This document shows positions 55,713 to 64,000 of a stretch of 64,000 bases of DNA, one piece after another. Within the stretch, counting starts at the first letter, position 1. The number at the start of each line of letters is the position of its first letter. The notes beneath the pieces were generated by a model. It was not told where the DNA came from, searched no databases, and saw only the letters and a program-made list of their open reading frames with translations. Both the position numbers and the translations under genes were made by a program. The DNA comes from a virus: positions 14,848-78,847 of the IMG/VR virus record IMGVR_UViG_3300022200_000031. One strand, given 5' to 3'.

Positions 55713-57787
55713 TGTCAACAGTCATTAAAATTAAAACGTCGGCGAGTGATACGCAGCCGGTCAACGGTGTAGGCGATAGTTTACTCGCCACAGGCGAACT
55801 AGCGTATACTTATTACACTGGTGCACAGAATAACGATGGTAGTCGTCTGTACATCGGTACGGGTACAGAAACAAATGGTCTATCAGCCAATGTAGAAATT
55901 ATCGGTGGTAAGTACTTCACTGATATGATGGACCATGTTCATGGTACATTGACTGCATCTTCTGGTATCATTGTTGATGCTAACAAGAAGATCGATGAAC
56001 TCAGAATTGATAACATTCAGATTGGTGTTGTTAATGGTAACACAATTAGTGTTGACCAGACCTCTAACGCCAATGGAGATATCAACATCATCCCTGGTGG
56101 TACGGGCGATAAGATCGTTCTGACTGCAGGCACTATTGAGATCAATGGTACTCAGGATTACACTGGTGATCAGACAATCACTGGTAATCTCCTCATCACA
56201 GGAACAGGTAAAGGCAATCTCGAAGTCGACGGTGAAGCAACTCTTGCCTCCGCTATCATCGAAGATCTGACAGACAACCGCATTGTTCTTGCTGGTACAG
56301 GTGGTCTGATTGAAGACGATGCAAACCTCACTTTCAACGGCACAACATTTAATGTTGGTGTTGGTAACTTTACGGTTGATCGTGCGACAGGTAATGTGTA
56401 CACTGCTGGTACTTTGGAGACTGATGGCCTCGCAACTCTGAATACCGCTGTTGTTGAAAACTTAACTAACAATAGAATCGTTATCGCAGGTGCTACCTCC
56501 AACCTCGAAGACGATGCTAACCTTGTATTTGATGGCACATACTTCAAGGTTGGTACTGCAACAACTGATAAGTTTGTTGTTGCTCAGGCAACTGGTAATA
56601 CTCAGATCGCTGGTACATTGGATGTTGCTGGTGCAACTCATCTTACTGCAACCACAGGTACTGTTCTGGATGTAGATGGTCTGTCTAAACTACACAGTGT
56701 TGATGTTGAAAGCCTCACTCTGGGTCGTGTTACATTTGCAGGTGCAAGTGGCCGTCTGGTTGATGACGCAAACTTCACATTTGACTCTGCTACCGACAAA
56801 CTTGATATTACTGGTTCGTTGGAAGTAGACAATGTTGGCATCGATGGTAATACTATCAGCACCACAACCGGTTCACTGACTATTGCTCCAGCAGCAAATG
56901 CAGAAACAGTAATCAATACCACATCTGCAATTCGCGTTCCTGTTGGTAACTCTTCCGAGCGTCCAACTGCTGCAACTGGTCAGATTCGCTACAACACAAC
57001 TACTAACCAGTATGAAGGTTATTCATCTGGTGCATGGCAGGGCCTTGGTGGTGTAATCGATGTAGACCAGAATACCTACATCATTGCGCAGCCTACAGCA
57101 AATCTTCCTGTTCCAGCCAGCCAGTCAGCAGATACTCTGTACTTCGTAACTGGTGGTACATTGATGGCGCAGATCGACACCGCTACTGGTTTGACAGTAG
57201 ACAACGGTACTGTAGGTCAGCCATCAATTAACCTTAACAGCTCAACCATCTCTACAAGCTCTGGTGACTTGTACTTGGATCCAGGTAACACTGGCGCCGG
57301 TACTCCAACAGGCAGCGTTGTCATTTATGGTGACCTTGCTGTTATGGGTACAACCACAACTGTTAACTCAACTACAGTTACCATTGATGATCCAATCTTT
57401 ACATTGGGTGGTGATACAGCTCCTAGTGCTGATGATAACAAAGACCGTGGTATCGAATTCAGATACCATAACGGCACTACTGATATGCTTGGCTTCTTTG
57501 GTTGGGACGATTCAGCATCTCGCTTCAAGTTTATTGATGATGCATCCAATACATCTGAAGTATTCACGGGTGCAGCTGGTGATGTTGAATTCGGCAATGC
57601 ACTGATTGACTCATTGACCTTCTCTGCAGGTAACTTTACAGCTACTTCTATTCCTTATGTGGATGGTAATGGTGATGTTCAGTTCCTTCAGGAAACTTCT
57701 ACAAACTATGGTACTGAAGGTCAGGTGTTGCAGATGGATTCGAGTGGGGTTCCATTCTTCGGACATATCGATTGCGGTACCTACTAA
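55712..57787 (+). CDS. Fibre-like virion structural protein
   Basis: LATGELAY N-terminus, three LT.NR.V.AG..L.DDAN.F repeats, GQIRYN...EGY, GDL.V.GTTTTVNST. Confidence 0.8.
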   Translation: MSTVIKIKTSASDTQPVNGVGDSLLATGELAYTYYTGAQNNDGSRLYIGTGTETNGLSANVEIIGGKYFTDMMDHVHGTLTASSGIIVDANKKIDELRIDNIQIGVVNGNTISVDQTSNANGDINIIPGGTGDKIVLTAGTIEINGTQDYTGDQTITGNLLITGTGKGNLEVDGEATLASAIIEDLTDNRIVLAGTGGLIEDDANLTFNGTTFNVGVGNFTVDRATGNVYTAGTLETDGLATLNTAVVENLTNNRIVIAGATSNLEDDANLVFDGTYFKVGTATTDKFVVAQATGNTQIAGTLDVAGATHLTATTGTVLDVDGLSKLHSVDVESLTLGRVTFAGASGRLVDDANFTFDSATDKLDITGSLEVDNVGIDGNTISTTTGSLTIAPAANAETVINTTSAIRVPVGNSSERPTAATGQIRYNTTTNQYEGYSSGAWQGLGGVIDVDQNTYIIAQPTANLPVPASQSADTLYFVTGGTLMAQIDTATGLTVDNGTVGQPSINLNSSTISTSSGDLYLDPGNTGAGTPTGSVVIYGDLAVMGTTTTVNSTTVTIDDPIFTLGGDTAPSADDNKDRGIEFRYHNGTTDMLGFFGWDDSASRFKFIDDASNTSEVFTGAAGDVEFGNALIDSLTFSAGNFTATSIPYVDGNGDVQFLQETSTNYGTEGQVLQMDSSGVPFFGHIDCGTY

Positions 57788-57795
57788 ACTGTGAC

Positions 57796-57831
57796 TGCTG
57801 GACCTACGATAAATAGGTCCAGCATTATTTT
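57796..57831 (+). terminator. 11 bp hairpin, probable terminator
   Basis: TGCTGGACCTA/TAGGTCCAGCA followed by TTATTTT. Confidence 0.65.
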
Positions 57832-57842
57832 ATGGAGTTATT

Positions 57843-58010
57843 ATGGATTTCGATCAAACGAAGATTATGAATGAGTACATCTCCAAACAGAATAAAATGA
57901 TTGGAGAACTGATTAACAAAAACCTTATGCTCGAAGCTCAATTGTCTGTTGCAATAAAAACAATCGAGGAGTTACGGCCTAAGGATAACGAAGAACAGGG
58001 TTATAATTAA
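57843..58010 (+). CDS. Small coiled-coil protein (55 aa)
   Basis: GGAG SD; translated by hand (MDFDQTKIMNEY...). Confidence 0.65.
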   Translation: MDFDQTKIMNEYISKQNKMIGELINKNLMLEAQLSVAIKTIEELRPKDNEEQGYN

Positions 58011-58023
58011 GGTTTCGTAATCG

Positions 58024-58989
58024 ATGGCAACAACATTACAACATAAAAGATCGAACACAACAGGTGACATTCCGAGTACGACATCACTTGCTCTGGGCGA
58101 GCTTGCCATCAACACTACCGATGGTTATTTATTTTTAAAGAAGAGCGTTGGTGGTACAGAGTCCATTGTAAGGATTTCTGGCGCTGCGATCTCATCTGAG
58201 GCCTCTGTCTTCTTAGATACATTCTCCGGTGATGGTGTAACGAATGTATTCACTCTGAGTATTCCTCCCCAGGACGATCAGTATGTGTTTGTCACCATTA
58301 ACGGTGTTAAGCAGCATGTTGATGCATACTCATTAACCGATGACCAGATTACATTTTCCACTGCTCCAGCTAATGGAGATGCGATTGAATGCAGAACATT
58401 GTCTGTTCGCACCGCAGAAGTTATTGTAAGAGATAACAAGAAGTTTTTCTATACCATCTCAAGTACCACAGGATCGTTGTCGGGATTGGATGATAACAAT
58501 TCTACTCTGACGTATGATGTTGGTCAGGTGGATGTCTATCAGAACGGTGTTCGATTAATCGAAGGTTCTGACTATACCGCAACGACTGGCACCTCAGTAA
58601 CATTTACCACATCATTAGAATCTGGCGACATCGTTGAGATTGTGTCCTACTCAAAAGCATCTTTGTTGGATCAGGATGCATTGAAGTCGGGGGGAGCTAA
58701 TCTTCCTACTACCGCTTCAGATCAACTTGTAGATTCATTTAATAAAGGTGCCTATCGATCTGCGAAATATATAATCCAGGCAACGTATGGGACGGCATAT
58801 CATGTAACAGAGGTACTGCTACTGCATGACAACACAAATGTATATTTAACAGAATATGGTACGATGTTTACTGGTTCTTCACTCATAACAGTCAATGGAG
58901 ATATCACAGGTACAAATGTGAGATTGCTCTGTACTCCTGCGAATGGCAATACAGAAGTAAAAGTTCAACGAATTACGGTGACGGTGTAA
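58024..58989 (+). CDS. Virion structural protein
   Basis: HKRS...LALGELAINTTDG N-terminus; FSGDG..F / VY.NGV repeats; YRSAKY C-terminal domain. Confidence 0.78.
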   Translation: MATTLQHKRSNTTGDIPSTTSLALGELAINTTDGYLFLKKSVGGTESIVRISGAAISSEASVFLDTFSGDGVTNVFTLSIPPQDDQYVFVTINGVKQHVDAYSLTDDQITFSTAPANGDAIECRTLSVRTAEVIVRDNKKFFYTISSTTGSLSGLDDNNSTLTYDVGQVDVYQNGVRLIEGSDYTATTGTSVTFTTSLESGDIVEIVSYSKASLLDQDALKSGGANLPTTASDQLVDSFNKGAYRSAKYIIQATYGTAYHVTEVLLLHDNTNVYLTEYGTMFTGSSLITVNGDITGTNVRLLCTPANGNTEVKVQRITVTV

Positions 58990-58990
58990 T

Positions 58991-61678
58991 ATGGCATTAA
59001 CAACAATTAAAAGTAGTAACCTTGCTCCAGGATCAATTGAGATCTCAGATCTTGAGGATTCAGGCGTAACAGCACAATCTTATGGATCTGCTTCTGAAGT
59101 TCCTGTTATTACTGTTAACGCTAAAGGTGTAATTACAGCGGCAACAACGACTACCGTTGCAGGCGTTACCGACTTCGATTATAATATCGCAACCGGTGTA
59201 TTGGATATTGATACAGCAGATGGTTCTAACTTTAGCACTACTGTTACATTAGGTCCATTCGACACAGATGATCTTTCCGAAGGTTCAAGTAATCTTTATT
59301 ACACAGATGCACGTGTAAGTAACTATTTAACAACAAATAGTTATGCAACTCAATCATATGCTGATCAGGCAGAAACAGATGCGATTACTTCTGCTGTTGC
59401 AAGTGCGCAATCATATACCGACACTGCGATCTCAAATTTAATTAACGCAGCTCCAACCGCTCTTAATACTCTAGATGAATTGGCCGCTGCTCTTGGCGAT
59501 GACGCAAACTTTGCATCTACAGTTACTACTAATCTTGCTGGCAAAACCGATAAGACCACCACCCTCACGGCCGGTACTGGTTTGTCTGGTGGTGGTGATC
59601 TATCCGCGAATAGAACATTCTCAATTTCAAATACTGGTGTAACAGCAGGAACTTATGGTTCATCAACCGCTATTCCTGTATTTGCAGTAAATGCTCAGGG
59701 ACAGATTACTTCTGTATCAAACACAAGTATTACAGTTGGTGATGGTACATTAACAGTTTCTTCTGGATCGGGCCTTACTGGTTCAGGTACATTCACCGCT
59801 AACCAAACAACAAATGGTACTATTACATTAAGCCATGCTGATACTTCATCGGCAAGCTCTGTTGATAATAGCAATGGTACTGTTATTCAAGATATTACAC
59901 TTGATGGCTTTGGTCATATTACAGCGATTGGTTCTGCTAATTTAGATACTCGCTATGATGCACGCTATCTTGGTATTACTGCTAAGGCTGCAGACTCTGA
60001 TTTACTAGATGGTCTTAACTCATCTTCATTCCTTCATACTGGTATTACTAGTTTTACTTCTTCTAGTGGAACATCTGCTGGTTGGAAAATTTATAGAGAC
60101 AATACTAGATCTTTCCTCGTGCTTGATAGTGATGCAGCTGATGGCGTTGCCGTTGGTTCAGATTATACATATATTGGTTCTGATTCATCTCAACTTAAAG
60201 GCAACATTGCTATCGGTCCAACATCTATTGCCAACTTTGGAGCTAGCGAATTACTTCACATTAAGGGACCAGGTGGTTTAAGTGGCACAGCTTCTATCAA
60301 ACTTGAAACTGGATATGCTAATAGAGACATATGGAGAATACAAACTTCTGACAATGGCACTGATGGTCTTTTAAAAATTCAAGATTATTCTGGTGGTTCT
60401 TGGTCTGATAATCTAACTATTACTGCACAGGGTAATGTAGGTATTGGTACTGATCCATCAGAAAAACTTCATGTTAATGGTAACCTTAAAGTAAGTTCTG
60501 GCAATAATCTTAAACTTGATCATGGTGATATTCAACTTGCAAATGCAGATACCCCAACAGCAAGTGGATCGAAGGCTCATGGTTTCACTGTTTACGATGT
60601 TGCATACGGCAGCGGTAAACTATCTAGTAGAATTACAGGTAGTAATTATTCTAAAAACAATGAAGGTAATTCCAATTATCCGTTGGATAGTTGGGGGTGG
60701 GAGTTTACCGATGGTGATGTGCAAGATGCTTCCAATAAAACATTCTTCCGTGTAGACTACAATGAGAAATATATGTGGTTACTGGGTCAGGCGGAATCTA
60801 GTTTAGGTTCTGGAGCTCCCCGTGGCGCAATAGCCTTCGTTACAGATGATACTGGTTCTTTATGGTTTAAGAATGATGACGGTTGGAAATCTATTACGGC
60901 CTCTGTAGGTACTTATTCAAACCCTGCGGATAGCGGTGCTCAATTATATAACCAAGGATATCCTACTGGGTATTACTGGATTCAACCTCCAGGTCAAAGC
61001 AAAAAGTATTGTTATGTGGATAATGATAACTACGGTGGTGGCTGGGTGCTAGTTCAAGTAGTAGGAGCTGATACTGATCATCACTGGGCGCAAACATCTG
61101 ACTATAATCTATATTCAGGAACTACTGCGGATGGACAGTCTAGTAGTTGGGTACCTTTTTCAGGGACAGGTTATAGTGCTAGTTCAGGTAGACGGTATAG
61201 TGACGATTTTGTAAAAGCTATTGGTTCTAACGGGGAAGGAGTTTTTAGAGTAGAAATTGCTAGAAATGGTGCAACTACTACAAATGACAATACTAGACTT
61301 AATAGTACTGATTATAAGTGCGCTCAGTTTATTAGGTATGATAACGGAATTAGCAATTATAGCTCTAGTAATAACGGTGGTATGAGTAATAGAACCGCTG
61401 CAGCAATAGACATTGCTCATTATTACCCTTATAGCTCAAACTGGGAAACCGGTGGTTCTGGTCACTTTATCTTAAATGGCTCAGCTTCCTATAAAGTGTT
61501 TGATGGCCACTCAGATCCTTCAAGTATTAGCACATCGCTATACAGTACCGTAAGATTTTTGTGGGGTTACACAGGTGGCTATGGTGGAGGGTATTCAACC
61601 GGTAACGGTATTTATGGGGGTAGTGAAGCCTTTTACCCTGGTGGAGCAAATAACACTGGGTATATGTGGATTAAATAA
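58991..61678 (+). CDS. Tail fibre / receptor-binding protein with fibrinogen-like C-terminal domain
   Basis: GVTAGTYG repeats, LNTLDELAAALGDD, GNVGIGT, GYYWI...YCYVDND..GGGWVLV. Confidence 0.8.
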   Translation: MALTTIKSSNLAPGSIEISDLEDSGVTAQSYGSASEVPVITVNAKGVITAATTTTVAGVTDFDYNIATGVLDIDTADGSNFSTTVTLGPFDTDDLSEGSSNLYYTDARVSNYLTTNSYATQSYADQAETDAITSAVASAQSYTDTAISNLINAAPTALNTLDELAAALGDDANFASTVTTNLAGKTDKTTTLTAGTGLSGGGDLSANRTFSISNTGVTAGTYGSSTAIPVFAVNAQGQITSVSNTSITVGDGTLTVSSGSGLTGSGTFTANQTTNGTITLSHADTSSASSVDNSNGTVIQDITLDGFGHITAIGSANLDTRYDARYLGITAKAADSDLLDGLNSSSFLHTGITSFTSSSGTSAGWKIYRDNTRSFLVLDSDAADGVAVGSDYTYIGSDSSQLKGNIAIGPTSIANFGASELLHIKGPGGLSGTASIKLETGYANRDIWRIQTSDNGTDGLLKIQDYSGGSWSDNLTITAQGNVGIGTDPSEKLHVNGNLKVSSGNNLKLDHGDIQLANADTPTASGSKAHGFTVYDVAYGSGKLSSRITGSNYSKNNEGNSNYPLDSWGWEFTDGDVQDASNKTFFRVDYNEKYMWLLGQAESSLGSGAPRGAIAFVTDDTGSLWFKNDDGWKSITASVGTYSNPADSGAQLYNQGYPTGYYWIQPPGQSKKYCYVDNDNYGGGWVLVQVVGADTDHHWAQTSDYNLYSGTTADGQSSSWVPFSGTGYSASSGRRYSDDFVKAIGSNGEGVFRVEIARNGATTTNDNTRLNSTDYKCAQFIRYDNGISNYSSSNNGGMSNRTAAAIDIAHYYPYSSNWETGGSGHFILNGSASYKVFDGHSDPSSISTSLYSTVRFLWGYTGGYGGGYSTGNGIYGGSEAFYPGGANNTGYMWIK

Positions 61679-61688
61679 GGAATAAAAA

Positions 61689-62027
61689 ATGAACTTATAT
61701 ATTGTAGATAAAACGTTGGATAGATTTCCATTTCAAACCTTAGAAAATCCTGATCCGATTCCAAATATAAAAGTGGTACATATAGCCAATAAAGAAAATG
61801 AAGCTATCCTAGCTGTATGGGGGGAACTTTCTTATGGGGAGTCTTTGGACTCTTTAGATGGGTTTTTAAGTACCCGCAATCGTGAGCAGATTACTAAAAA
61901 AGACATTATATCTTTTGTTTACTCCCCTGATCAAGAAGCTAAAATTCTTAGAGATGCAGCGGCTGGACGCAATATGGATAATTTTAATGAATATGATACA
62001 TTTGTTGAGAGTATCCCATCGGTATAG
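61689..62027 (+). CDS. Hypothetical protein, possible fibre-associated chaperone
   Basis: AAGGA SD; directly follows the fibre gene; AT-rich. Confidence 0.6.
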   Translation: MNLYIVDKTLDRFPFQTLENPDPIPNIKVVHIANKENEAILAVWGELSYGESLDSLDGFLSTRNREQITKKDIISFVYSPDQEAKILRDAAAGRNMDNFNEYDTFVESIPSV

Positions 62028-62064
62028 TGGCCTGAAAAACCTTTATCTTTCAATACTAAAAACA

Positions 62065-62108
62065 TATAAATAGTCCTAGCAGAATTTAACCTCTCTAGGA
62101 CTTTTTTT
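62065..62108 (+). promoter_or_regulatory. Late promoter with overlapping RBS-sequestering hairpin
   Basis: TATAAATA at 62065-62072; AGTCCTAG/CTAGGACT stem covering the AGGA SD. Confidence 0.7.
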
Positions 62109-63404
62109 ATGGCATCTACAAAAGCAACGGAACTTGCTCAGCTATCCCGTAAGTTAACATACAACGAAGGCACTGACGTAGCCGCAATTGACGGCGACGG
62201 CGATTTCCTGACGACTGGTGATAATACAGATGCCCTCCAGGAAGGTTCCAGTAATCTCTATTATACCAACGCACGCTCAAGAGCAGCTATCTCTGCTACG
62301 AGCCCAGTATCATATGATTCATCGACCGGTGTTATCTCATTAGATGCAACATCAGTTGACGGCGAGGTAGATACACTTACTCTTACCACGCTTAACTTTG
62401 GTTCTACTCCTGATGCATCAGTAGCGTGGGATTCAGTAAACGGTACTCTGAGTGTAGATTATGGCACGTTCTCTTTAAACGTCGGTCAACAGGATCTATA
62501 CTATGCTAAGGCATCTGCAGCTATCGCTAAGGGCGATGTTGTTATGTTTGCTGGTGTACAGGGCGACCATGTATTGATCGCAAAAGCAGATATGTCAGCT
62601 ACTGGTTTTATGCCAGAGTGGGTCATGGGTGTTGCAGCTCAAGCGTTCGCAACAAATGCATTTGGTTATGTTGTTGCCTTCGGTAAGCTAACTGGGTATA
62701 GTACATCTACTCTGACCGCTGGTGATTTACTGTATCTTTCTGCTTCGACTCCAGGTGCTCTAACAACTACAGAACCTGCGTATCCAAATCACTCTATTCT
62801 GATGGCAGCCGCTCTCAATAGTACTAATAATGGCACTATTCTGATTCGTCCTACTCATAAATCAGATCTTGATGAATTGCACAACGTAGTAATTACATCA
62901 GCCGCGTCAGGTGATGTACTGTCTTGGAGTGGAACCAACTGGGTCAATACCGATCTCGATACTGATGGTGTTGATGAGGGTTCTACAAATCTGTACTATA
63001 CAGATACTCGAGTTGGTAACTATTTAAGTACCAATGGATTTGATACTGCATCAAACATTATTGCTACTATCGTAGATTCAGCGCCGACCACTCTTGATAC
63101 ATTAAACGAATTAGCCGCAGCATTAGGCGATGATCCTAACTATGCTTCTACGGTTACTACTGCACTGGGTACTAAATTAAATACAGCTGATTTTACATCA
63201 ACTGCGAATACCTGGATTGGCACTAAAGATACTGATGATCTTACCGAAGGTTCAACGAATCTCTATTATACCGATGGACGTGTACAGGCCGTCGTTACAC
63301 AGACCTATATAAATAATTTAAATGTAGATGCGGACACAGTAGATGGTAAGCATTACGACGATATAATTTCAGAGGCGACAGCTCTGAGTATTGCGTTGGG
63401 TTGA
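62109..63404 (+). CDS. Virion structural / fibre-like protein
   Basis: Three TD.L.EGS.NLYYT repeats, TLDTLNELAAALGDD, C-terminal ALSIALG. Confidence 0.78.
   Translation: MASTKATELAQLSRKLTYNEGTDVAAIDGDGDFLTTGDNTDALQEGSSNLYYTNARSRAAISATSPVSYDSSTGVISLDATSVDGEVDTLTLTTLNFGSTPDASVAWDSVNGTLSVDYGTFSLNVGQQDLYYAKASAAIAKGDVVMFAGVQGDHVLIAKADMSATGFMPEWVMGVAAQAFATNAFGYVVAFGKLTGYSTSTLTAGDLLYLSASTPGALTTTEPAYPNHSILMAAALNSTNNGTILIRPTHKSDLDELHNVVITSAASGDVLSWSGTNWVNTDLDTDGVDEGSTNLYYTDTRVGNYLSTNGFDTASNIIATIVDSAPTTLDTLNELAAALGDDPNYASTVTTALGTKLNTADFTSTANTWIGTKDTDDLTEGSTNLYYTDGRVQAVVTQTYINNLNVDADTVDGKHYDDIISEATALSIALG
63308..63315 (+). promoter_or_regulatory. T4 late promoter
   Basis: TATAAATA near the 3' end of the 62109 gene. 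Confidence 0.65.
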
Positions 63405-63411
63405 TGTGGGG

Positions 63412-63840
63412 ATGAAGGTCTGTAAAACTTGCGGCGAACAAAAGCCTATTGAAGATTTTCCAGAAAGATATGGGTATGCTGGTAGCCGTCGACCTCACTG
63501 TAAACCTTGCTATAGGGAATACATGAGACTGTCGTACCATAAGAATAAATATAAACATCCTTACAATTATGAAAAGGATAAGAATACCAAACTATTAAGA
63601 TCGTTTGGTATATCATTAGATGATTATAATAGTATGTTGGTGGAGCAAAATGGTGGCTGTGCTATTTGTGGTACAACCGATACTGGCAAGAGGAATGCAT
63701 TTGCTGTTGACCATTGTCACACAACCGGTGAAGTTAGAGGACTGTTGTGCCAAAATTGCAATACAGCAATAGGCAGCTTGAAGGACGATGAAAACATCAT
63801 GATGAACGCTATAAATTACATTAGGAAACATAAACAATGA
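63412..63840 (+). CDS. Endonuclease VII-like (HNH) nuclease, probable homing endonuclease
   Basis: CKTC...CKPC zinc finger; QNGGCAICG...AVDHCHTTGEVRGLLCQNCN. Confidence 0.85.
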   Translation: MKVCKTCGEQKPIEDFPERYGYAGSRRPHCKPCYREYMRLSYHKNKYKHPYNYEKDKNTKLLRSFGISLDDYNSMLVEQNGGCAICGTTDTGKRNAFAVDHCHTTGEVRGLLCQNCNTAIGSLKDDENIMMNAINYIRKHKQ

Positions 63841-64000
63841 ACGCATTCAAACTTAAAACACATGATGGTTCAGCGGTAGCGGCCGGTACATCTTCTACAG
63901 TGTACACATCACCCGCATCAACTACTACTATTGTACTTGGTCTGACACTATCTAATATTACTGCACAGACAATTTATGCATCGGTTGGTATTACCAATAG
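63837..64000 (+). CDS. Virion structural protein (3'-partial)
   Basis: MNAFKLKT...VYTSPASTTTIVLGLTLSN; ATGA-coupled; runs off the window. Confidence 0.65.
   Translation, partial: MNAFKLKTHDGSAVAAGTSSTVYTSPASTTTIVLGLTLSNITAQTIYASVGITN

Noticed and set aside
55123-64000. Diversity-generating retroelement acting on the fibres
   Set aside because: I saw no reverse transcriptase and no template/variable repeat pair in this window
1-64000. Alternative genetic code
   Set aside because: Core genes are full length under the standard code with TAA, TAG and TGA all used as stops, and no suppressor tRNA is present

Overview
This window is a segment of a large T4-like (Tevenvirinae/Kyanoviridae-grade) myovirus genome, probably from an aquatic phage with sigma70 early promoters and T4-type TATAAATA late promoters. 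Bases 1-13.5 kb hold early and replication genes (rnh, phoH, exonuclease, ClpP-like protein, gp33, gp59, gp32), many small hypothetical ORFs, and a five-tRNA cluster with several extra structured RNAs. Bases 13.5-37 kb hold the baseplate and tail module (tape measure, gp51, gp26, gp54, gp2, gp4, gp48, gp53, hub, gp5, PAAR, gp25, gp6, gp7, gp8, VrlC-like protein, tail fibre). Bases 55-64 kb hold further fibre and virion proteins and an inserted endonuclease VII-like nuclease. The main discovery is an ~18 kb tightly coupled biosynthetic cluster (37049-55064) wedged between tail-fibre genes. It encodes nine radical SAM enzymes, a U32-like Fe-S protein, a nucleotide-sugar pathway (UDP-sugar dehydrogenase, two SDR epimerases, split transketolase), a GT2, two deacetylases and a candidate substrate. 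That substrate is a small Cys-rich protein whose (CxCxxx)4 motif abuts a peptidase S74 self-cleaving chaperone. The most economical reading is a RiPP-like crosslinking plus glycosylation system that modifies a virion fibre. A second strong signal is a canonical -1 slippery heptamer that would fuse gp26 to gp51 just upstream of the tape measure gene, like lambda G/GT. All annotations come from motif recognition and synteny only; no database searches were run.
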